DNA of 32,000 nucleotides from Candidatus Heimdallarchaeota archaeon (lineage in GTDB: Archaea > Asgardarchaeota > Heimdallarchaeia > Heimdallarchaeales > Heimdallarchaeaceae): positions 24,173 to 56,172 of the forward strand of contig DAOVER010000023.1 of assembly GCA_030668875.1 (NCBI GenBank). The letters run 5' to 3'. The number at the start of each line of letters is the position of its first letter. Position 1 is the stretch's first letter. This document shows positions 25,400 to 32,000 of this stretch, in pieces. Both the position numbers and the translations under genes were made by a program. The notes below the pieces were generated by a model. That model did no database searches. It was given only the letters and a program-made list of their open reading frames with translations, and was not told where the DNA came from.

Positions 25400-27058
25400 G
25401 TGGTAGTGTTGATAACAAATTTAGAAGATTTAAATATTGACAAAATTTCGAAACAGAAAGATTTACAAGAGGTTGTTTCAGATCTTCTAGAATTGACACG
25501 AAGATTATCACCTGCAGAATCAAAACAATTGATTAAAAAGATATCACTAAAAAGTAAGCAGTTGGATGATAAAAAGTCCAGAGTAATTGTAAACTATGTT
25601 AAACACATACATATTTTTGGTCTTTTGAAAAGAAATGGAGAGATATTAGAACTTGCGAATGAAATGAATACATTATCTGAAGATATAGATTTCAAGGAAG
25701 GAATAGCTCTTCATTATATTGTTATGTGGGGGATTGAGAAACTACAAGGTAATTTAGAAAAAGCTACCAAATTGCGTAAAACCTCTATGGAATTAATAGA
25801 TTCCTTAAAAAATCCTAATCCCATGATTTTAAATTGGATTAAATATTCATATGCTGTTGGTGAGTGGACTGAGGTAAGGAATCCTACAGCTGCAGTGATG
25901 TTAGAAGAGTGTATGCTTTTCTTCAGAGAAAGAGAACATTACGCATCTGAAATTAATGCTGTAACAGTTCTAGCAAATATCTATTCTAAAACAAATCAGA
26001 AGGATAAGCTTTTTGACATTGTTCAAGAAATTATGGGTGACGATGGCTTATTCCAATATTATCCTAAACACGTTCTAGGAAGATTTCACTATTATCTAGG
26101 TCAAATGTTTCTTTCAAGGGGAGATATGGAACTTGCAGAAATGCATTTATTTTCTAGTACTCAGTTATTCAAGAGATTCAGTCATACTTCAAATTATATT
26201 TATGACTATCTTTCAGGTCTTTCAATTCTAGCAAGGATCTATGCCACTTCAGGGAAATTAGACAGGGTTCATGATATTCTATTAAATCTTAAAGAAATAG
26301 TTAGCGAAGAAGATTTATTTCAGAAATTATCAAAACAATTTGTTAATTCCTTAATCAGTTCTATCACAATTACTCAATTCTATATGACTTTTCACAAAAG
26401 AGATAATTACAATATAGATTTTCAGGGAGAAGTGAAAAACCTTCTACTTAGATATCAAAACTTTATTCTTCTACCTGAAATGTTAACTGAATTAATGGTT
26501 TATTCTGGTATTGAAATTGAGGAACTTGCAGATTTGAAGAAAGAGAAATTATCCAATAATTTCCTGAAACAGGTCATTGATTTTCTACTTGCTTTGCAAA
26601 ATCCAGATGTTTGTAGCACAGAACAAAGAATTAAAAATGCTACCAAAATTCTTGGTCTTCCGTCAGAAAGTATCGTTAGTGAAGGATATGGAAGAATCTT
26701 TGGTGATATGATTCTTTTAAAACTTTATCTCTCAACTGGTAGGTATGAAGAGTTCAAAATAACAATCAAGAAGTATCTCTATAGAATTGATAAAATAGAA
26801 AACGTTTCTTTAAGAATTATAGCTGAAAGTATGGAAGCAATTTACAAATTCCTTCAAGGTAATAAAGCTGAGAATGCAATAGAAAGATTGTCAGAAATAA
26901 TTTCAGAATGCGAAGAGAAAAACTTAACCAGAATGTGTAAAGAGGTTAAAGTTTTCAGACAGATGATAATTCAGAAAGATATGAATTATTATCACAAACA
27001 AATATTCTCTGATTTATCCTATCAAGATATTGTTTCAATGCTGGTAGAAAGCAGATAA
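25400..27058 (+). CDS. TPR-like alpha-helical repeat protein
   Basis: Helical repeats (LGRFHYYLGQMFLSRGDMELAEMHL; LSILARIYATSGKLDRVHDIL). Shares a CxExNLxxxC motif with the TPR-longin protein. GTG/TTG start within 25400-25409. Confidence 0.75.
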   Translation: MVVLITNLEDLNIDKISKQKDLQEVVSDLLELTRRLSPAESKQLIKKISLKSKQLDDKKSRVIVNYVKHIHIFGLLKRNGEILELANEMNTLSEDIDFKEGIALHYIVMWGIEKLQGNLEKATKLRKTSMELIDSLKNPNPMILNWIKYSYAVGEWTEVRNPTAAVMLEECMLFFREREHYASEINAVTVLANIYSKTNQKDKLFDIVQEIMGDDGLFQYYPKHVLGRFHYYLGQMFLSRGDMELAEMHLFSSTQLFKRFSHTSNYIYDYLSGLSILARIYATSGKLDRVHDILLNLKEIVSEEDLFQKLSKQFVNSLISSITITQFYMTFHKRDNYNIDFQGEVKNLLLRYQNFILLPEMLTELMVYSGIEIEELADLKKEKLSNNFLKQVIDFLLALQNPDVCSTEQRIKNATKILGLPSESIVSEGYGRIFGDMILLKLYLSTGRYEEFKITIKKYLYRIDKIENVSLRIIAESMEAIYKFLQGNKAENAIERLSEIISECEEKNLTRMCKEVKVFRQMIIQKDMNYYHKQIFSDLSYQDIVSMLVESR

Positions 27059-27075
27059 AGAATAGAGGGAGAATT

Positions 27076-29793
27076 TCAGTTACTTCCAAGACCTACTGCT
27101 TTGTATTTAACGTCTGATTCTATAAATTGTTTATGATCATAAGCCCTTCTTCCATCAATCAAGACAGGATTCTTCATTGATTTCAAGAACTTTCCAGGAG
27201 AAATATTTTTGAATTCTTTCCATTCAGTTACTAGAATGCATCCTTCTGCTGATAACAGAACTTCTTCAATAGAGTTTACTAAATGCAAATTTTCATTTTC
27301 TATTTCCCTTTCGAAATTTTTCATTGCTACTGGATCTGTTGCATACACAATTGCTCCCTCTTCAAGTAACTTCTCTATTATAGGTACTGATACAGCATCT
27401 CTCACGTCATCGGTATCGGGTTTGAAAGCAAGACCCAATATTGCAATTCGTTTGTTCTTAAGTGATTCTCCATCATAAGCCTCTTTGAGTAATTCAATAG
27501 CACGTAAAGGTTGAATCTTATTTGCCTCAATAGTAGCTTCTAGGAGTTTTGAGGGAACATTAAGTTCTTTTGATTTTTGGCTTAAAGCTGCAACATCCTT
27601 TGGAAAACAATTGTGAACAATAAAACCACTAGTTGATACAAAGGTGTGAGGACTGCTTTCCATTTCTATTGAATAAACATCAATCACTGCTTTCTTCTTA
27701 GTAATATTTTTAATTCTCAAACTAGCAAAACCATCAAATTTCACGTATCCCATAGGTTTAACATCTCTTTTTTGTGCCAACAAAGTATCAGTCATTTTCA
27801 CATTTTTTTTCTGATCGAAGAATTTCAAATCATTAACCTGTGATTTACCAGAAACACGAATAATGTGTGTTGGTGTTGTTGATTTCTTCATCCACTGCTT
27901 CTTATAAGAAGGAATAATGTTTAAAGATTGAAGCAGTACAATCACCCCTTCAGCTAGTTCTTTACTTACAGTTCCATATTCTATTGTTATTGCTCTAGCA
28001 TGTTTATGAAAGTAAACACTTCCATCACCTCTGAAAAGCCCTTTTAAGACATTAAATTTAGACTCTTTGTTTTCGGTGTAAATAAGAGCTGGTAATCTTT
28101 TTGTATATGAATCAGTTCCACAATTGAAATGTTTGTCTAGGATATAGGCTAGTACCTTTGATGAAACAAGTATTGTGGTAGCTTGTCCCTTTGAAACCAA
28201 ACTGAATCGAATCTTCAATTTTTCAAGAATACTGCAAACATCCCCTATATATTCTCCTTCGTTTGAATTGAAGGAAAATCCAATTCTTGCCCTAATACCT
28301 CTTTTTCCTTTTTCATAAGTAATATGTCCTTCAGCTAAATAATAACCTATTAAACTCCAGAAATCTGCATCCATACTGATAACTGAAGGGACGTACGTAG
28401 GAGTTCCTTTAGTTGTATAGATGTAATATTCATCCAGTTTGAAAGGTAAAAGATTTTTCTTAAGTAAGTATTGGAAGAATTTCAATGGTAGATAATTATC
28501 TCCAACTAAATCATATACTTTCCAATCTGATTCTTGAATTTGTCTAATGACTGGATACAATACTTCTTTATACTCCTTTAGATCATGTTTCAAAGGTCTA
28601 AATTTCAAGAAATCAATATTATCTTTTACAATTTCATATACATTTAGCTTCTTTTTTCTACATACTGGATAACTTGTCAATACAGGGAGTCTATTCCCCT
28701 CTCTTACGTCCATTGCTAACGTTATTTCCAAATTACCATTATTTTCAATTAACATTGGATGATCTTTGGTTACAGAAATTTCTCTTCCCATTTTAGTATG
28801 GAATGTTATAATCTCTCCTTTATACTCTCTCTTGGAGAAATGTTTTACTTCCTCTACAAAAGAATTATGACCATCAAAGGATATTGCTCTAATATTCGTA
28901 TTTGAATGATATCTCAGGTATAATTCTTCTGAAGTAGCAATTTCAGGAGTTGAATTTCCTAATAGAATAAAATCATTTCCAGTTATACAACTTCCACCAT
29001 ATCCTAACCCAGCTCTAAGAAACTTATCTGAAATTCTCTCATCCAGTCCAACACCCTGTGCTATTGAACTAACATCACTACCAATTTTCTCTGCAATATT
29101 CGCTATTTCATTGATGAAAGAAATTTTCATTGCTAAGAATGAATTGGATGCAAGCTTGATTATTTCTGCTGTTGTTGGATCTACTTCTAGAATTGGAGCT
29201 TCAAACCCTTCATAGGTTTTTGCAATTAACTTCTGTGCTCTTTCATCATTTCCTCCAATTACTATTCGATCTGGCGCTAGGAAATCCTTCAGAGCGACTC
29301 CTTCACGTAAAAATTCTGGGTTCATACCTATCCCAAAATCCCTACCAGAAATCAGTTTACTGTTATTTTCAAGTATTGGTTTCACAATACCGTTTGTTGT
29401 TCCAGGATTACAAGTGCTCTTAACTACTACAACTTTGTATTCTTGTCCTTCTTTGAATGCTTGAGCTATTGATGTAGCAACAGATCTAATGTACTTATCA
29501 TCTAATAATCCATTTGAGAATGATGGTGTTCCTACACATATGAATATGATTTCTGACATTTGTATTGCTTCCTTGAGATCCACAGTTGCTTTTAATTTCC
29601 CTTCTTCCACAACTTGTTTCAACATTTCTTCTAACCCATCCTCATATATCGGAGGGATAGCTTGGTTAATCATATCCACTTTTTCTTGAATAACATCAAC
29701 ACAAGTAACATCATGTCCTTTATTTGCAAAACAAGTACCAGTAACGAGACCTACATATCCTGTTCCAATTATTGCTATCTTCATTTTCTTCAA
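27076..29793 (-). CDS. ugd: UDP-glucose/GDP-mannose 6-dehydrogenase family precursor interrupted by an intein (445-aa extein)
   Basis: IAIIGTGYVG, ICVGTP, VVKSTCNPGT, NPEFLREG, AEIIKLASNSFLAMKISFINE, GLGYGGS/CFPKD (split by the intein), GLAFKPDTDDVRDA, TEW, DGRR. Confidence 0.95.
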   Translation of the reverse strand: MKKMKIAIIGTGYVGLVTGTCFANKGHDVTCVDVIQEKVDMINQAIPPIYEDGLEEMLKQVVEEGKLKATVDLKEAIQMSEIIFICVGTPSFSNGLLDDKYIRSVATSIAQAFKEGQEYKVVVVKSTCNPGTTNGIVKPILENNSKLISGRDFGIGMNPEFLREGVALKDFLAPDRIVIGGNDERAQKLIAKTYEGFEAPILEVDPTTAEIIKLASNSFLAMKISFINEIANIAEKIGSDVSSIAQGVGLDERISDKFLRAGLGYGGSCITGNDFILLGNSTPEIATSEELYLRYHSNTNIRAISFDGHNSFVEEVKHFSKREYKGEIITFHTKMGREISVTKDHPMLIENNGNLEITLAMDVREGNRLPVLTSYPVCRKKKLNVYEIVKDNIDFLKFRPLKHDLKEYKEVLYPVIRQIQESDWKVYDLVGDNYLPLKFFQYLLKKNLLPFKLDEYYIYTTKGTPTYVPSVISMDADFWSLIGYYLAEGHITYEKGKRGIRARIGFSFNSNEGEYIGDVCSILEKLKIRFSLVSKGQATTILVSSKVLAYILDKHFNCGTDSYTKRLPALIYTENKESKFNVLKGLFRGDGSVYFHKHARAITIEYGTVSKELAEGVIVLLQSLNIIPSYKKQWMKKSTTPTHIIRVSGKSQVNDLKFFDQKKNVKMTDTLLAQKRDVKPMGYVKFDGFASLRIKNITKKKAVIDVYSIEMESSPHTFVSTSGFIVHNCFPKDVAALSQKSKELNVPSKLLEATIEANKIQPLRAIELLKEAYDGESLKNKRIAILGLAFKPDTDDVRDAVSVPIIEKLLEEGAIVYATDPVAMKNFEREIENENLHLVNSIEEVLLSAEGCILVTEWKEFKNISPGKFLKSMKNPVLIDGRRAYDHKQFIESDVKYKAVGLGSN
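27610..28989 (-). mobile_element. 460-aa intein with LAGLIDADG homing endonuclease, in ugd
   Basis: Starts CITGNDF (block A); block B VTKDHPML; LAGLIDADG blocks LIGYYLAEGHI and LKGLFRGDGSV; blocks F/G VYSIEM..HTFV..GFIVHN followed by extein Cys. Confidence 0.96.
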
Positions 29794-29892
29794 CCCAACA
29801 TTATTTCTTAAATATTTGAAAGTTTGTCCATAAGTTGTCCATTTGTTGTTATACCAAAAACATTTACATATGCCTCAAGTAGAATTAATACA

Positions 29893-31200
29893 ATGATTAA
29901 TTATAGGTCAATTGCTGATTCGATACACAAGTATATTGATTTTCCTGAAAACTTCTATTTTGATATCATTGATACACCAGAGTTTCAAAGATTAAGAAGG
30001 CTAGAACAATTGGGAGGAGTTTCCATTTCTTATCCTTCGGCAACACATAGTCGTTTTATACATAGTTTAGGAGCTTTTCATGTAGCTAATAGAATTGGGA
30101 ATAGTTTACAGAAGAAATATCCCTCAGAAGTAACAAGTTCAGATATTCAATTAGTAAGTACAACAGCTTTAATTCATGATGTTGGGCACGGTCCGTTTAG
30201 TCATATGTTTGAGGACACCATAAAGCTTTTGTGTAACAGATCAGACAATAACAACTGCTTCTCTAAATATGAAGCTTTTATTAGACATGAAAACATAACA
30301 GAACAGATTGTCCGTTCTGATGATTCTGCAATAGCAACAATTCTTGAAAGAGAAGGGTTTAATAGAAAAACTATGGCAAATCTCATTCTGGGTAGAAGTG
30401 TAGATGATAAACCATTCTTTAACCAAATCATAGCTTCACAATTAGATGCAGATTCACTCGATTATCTAAGAAGAGACTCTATGGCAACGGGGGTTTCTTT
30501 TGGCCTCTATAATCTAGAAAGACTATTTGCAATGTTAGAGATTTCAAAAGACGGAGATTTAGTCGTGAGAGAGAAAGGACTACAATCAACCGAACAAGTT
30601 GTGATATCGCTTTACATGCAATTCACACGAGTTTACTTCCACAAAACTGTGCGATGTTGGGAGTATATGATGAAGCTTTTCATAGCACAATTACTACAAA
30701 AAATAGAAGAAGACGAGAAAATTCATGCCTTGCCTTTTATTCGAGAATTTGCGGATAATCCCAATTGGAAAACTTTAATCCCTCTCACAGATGACATCAT
30801 GTATACTCAACTACATTTATCTTCGAGAAAAGAAACAACAAATGATTTCATAAAACAACTTGCAAGTGACATCCTTCATAGGAATTTATACAAAAGCATT
30901 CCACTTACTGAAGAGATGGCTCAATCCGTTCATGAAAACCAAGAAAAGATTAACTTCATTGTTCGTAAACATGGATATCCTGCTGATGCATGGATAATAG
31001 ATCATTTTGGATCCAGATATTATGACCCTGATAAAGCATTCAAAATTCTTATTCAGATGAAAAGCGGTGAAATTAAGCAGATTTCCGAAGTTTCAGAGGT
31101 TGTTGCAAGTTTATCAAAACCTAAATTTAACAATCTTCTCGTTTTTCCAGCTAAATGCAGAAGTGAAATTTCAGATTTAATAAAAACTATTTCAAACTAA
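29893..31200 (+). CDS. HD-domain phosphohydrolase (dNTP triphosphohydrolase/SAMHD1-YdhJ-like)
   Basis: DSIH, IIDTPEFQRLRRLEQLG..YPSATHSRFIHSLG, LIHDVGHGPFSH, SQLDADSLDYLRRDS, VYFHKTVR. ATG 29893 has a TATA-like TTTACATA about 25-30 nt upstream (track start 29824). Confidence 0.92.
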   Translation: MINYRSIADSIHKYIDFPENFYFDIIDTPEFQRLRRLEQLGGVSISYPSATHSRFIHSLGAFHVANRIGNSLQKKYPSEVTSSDIQLVSTTALIHDVGHGPFSHMFEDTIKLLCNRSDNNNCFSKYEAFIRHENITEQIVRSDDSAIATILEREGFNRKTMANLILGRSVDDKPFFNQIIASQLDADSLDYLRRDSMATGVSFGLYNLERLFAMLEISKDGDLVVREKGLQSTEQVVISLYMQFTRVYFHKTVRCWEYMMKLFIAQLLQKIEEDEKIHALPFIREFADNPNWKTLIPLTDDIMYTQLHLSSRKETTNDFIKQLASDILHRNLYKSIPLTEEMAQSVHENQEKINFIVRKHGYPADAWIIDHFGSRYYDPDKAFKILIQMKSGEIKQISEVSEVVASLSKPKFNNLLVFPAKCRSEISDLIKTISN

Positions 31201-31215
31201 AAAAGAAAAAAAGTG

Positions 31216-31761
31216 TTAGAGGTATCCTGAATCCGTTTTTGGTAGTTCAGAATCCACTTCCGGTGATTTTTTAGGCAATTTTTCTTTATTTATGATTTCT
31301 CCACAGTAGCGACATATTGGATATTTGCTCTTACCTGTTTCACCGCAGGAAGGACATCTTCGGAGTGTTTTTAATACTCTAAGACTGAATTGTTTCCAAA
31401 GAATTGCCCAGATCACAGTCAAAGAGGTAAGAATCTTTACCCAAGTAGATTGAAGTGCTGTTTCTATCCATGAATATAACCTCTCTAAAGTCTTCAAAGG
31501 TGTAATATGAATTTCAAAGAAGAAATCATCTGGATCAAGGATATTTGTAGAAATTCGGATATGTAAAATTGGTATACCATCAGCACTTTGTTCCATTGCA
31601 TCTTTTATCGTTGAATAGCTGATAGATATTGAAGCTGCCAGTGGAATATCGAACAAACCAGTTGTACTATTGTTAATGTACGTATCACCAATACTAACTT
31701 GAGCAGTTTTTGTCCAAATTGTTGCTTCAATTTGTGTTTTTACATCTATATACAAATTCAA
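31216..31761 (-). CDS. Membrane protein with a beta-rich ectodomain, one TM helix and a C-terminal double zinc ribbon (start unresolved; frame open to 31878)
   Basis: TM WVKILTSLTVIWAILW followed by CPSCGETGKSKYPICRYCG. The coding-like frame continues upstream (ISPSPPQIKEGEDL). Oligo-T run downstream on the minus strand. Confidence 0.7.
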   Translation of the reverse strand: MNLYIDVKTQIEATIWTKTAQVSIGDTYINNSTTGLFDIPLAASISISYSTIKDAMEQSADGIPILHIRISTNILDPDDFFFEIHITPLKTLERLYSWIETALQSTWVKILTSLTVIWAILWKQFSLRVLKTLRRCPSCGETGKSKYPICRYCGEIINKEKLPKKSPEVDSELPKTDSGYL

Positions 31762-32000
31762 GTCTTCTCCTTCCTTAATCTGAGGAGGCGATGGACTAAT
31801 TGAAAGAATATATGAGTTAAGGGTTACAATAGCAATTTTTGAAAGAGACGAAGTGATGTAACCGTTAGCAACAGATGATTAAAATCTTATTCAATCTTGC
31901 CAGAAGTCTCTGAGCTGTCCCTCATTGCATGTTGAGGTGGTGATGGTTAATACCTCTCCAATTTTCTTCCATTTTTCTACGAGTTTATATAGGAAAGTGC

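Noticed and set aside
25306-25440. Interrupted frame MTEIEVALPKFL*WLIDKIIEVNKISGKVVIGGSVDNKF, starting at a GTGA overlap and faintly like a nucleotidyltransferase N-terminus
   Set aside because: Too short, interrupted by a stop and overlapping the TPR gene start; it cannot be distinguished from chance.
21113-27058. Co-oriented ltaE, WAVE-like gene, beta-CASP and TPR genes as one functional operon
   Set aside because: Oligo-T terminators follow ltaE and the WAVE-like gene, and the WAVE-like gene has its own TATA box. No functional link is supported.
236-30431. Short antisense or overlapping ORFs in the track (236-433, 2447-2692, 4400-4651, 6028-6246, 7047-7283, 9244-9537, 10279-10632, 12332-12529, 12597-12965, 14846-15052, 15089-15298, 16382-16630, 17504-17704, 17713-17994, 17963-18196, 25269-25523, 27209-27478, 29172-29423, 29489-29689, 30201-30431, 30241-30426)
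   Set aside because: Each overlaps a well-supported gene on the other strand and has no recognisable motif; they are shadow ORFs.
31933-32000. Possible plus-strand gene start (GAGGTG then ATG 31943, MVNTSPIFFHF...) or end of an upstream minus-strand ORF
   Set aside because: Only about 19 codons before the window edge; cannot be supported.
1-32000. tRNA, rRNA, IS elements, Sec/Pyl read-through
   Set aside because: No cloverleaf or T-loop signatures in the intergenic gaps, no transposase motifs or terminal inverted repeats, and no convincing continuation past the TGA stops I checked (824, 8394).

Overview
AT-rich archaeal chromosomal window, most likely from an Asgard (Heimdallarchaeia-like) genome. 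This is inferred from a TPR-longin fusion, a HEAT solenoid, a C-terminally anchored family-5 solute-binding protein, a methanogen-type SerRS and archaeal TATA boxes about 25-35 nt upstream of start codons. About 21 protein genes: two tungsten AOR paralogs (one cut by the window edge and missed by the ORF track), an RdhA/QueG-like Fe-S protein, a type VII (FtsX/MacB-like) ABC system, ltaE, a beta-CASP nuclease, UDP-glucose dehydrogenase carrying a 460-aa LAGLIDADG intein, an HD phosphohydrolase and others. I found no rRNA, tRNA, CRISPR array or IS element. Top lead: a 269-aa protein (22266-23075) with the domain order of a eukaryotic WAVE/WASH-type actin nucleation-promoting factor. It has a BRK1/HSPC300-like N-terminal coiled coil, a Pro/Ser/Gly-rich linker, two WH2-like motifs, a C-like amphipathic basic helix and an acidic stretch. 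Second lead: the family-5 solute-binding protein is circularly permuted relative to DppA/OppA. All homology calls come from motif recognition and recalled reference sequences; no searches were run.
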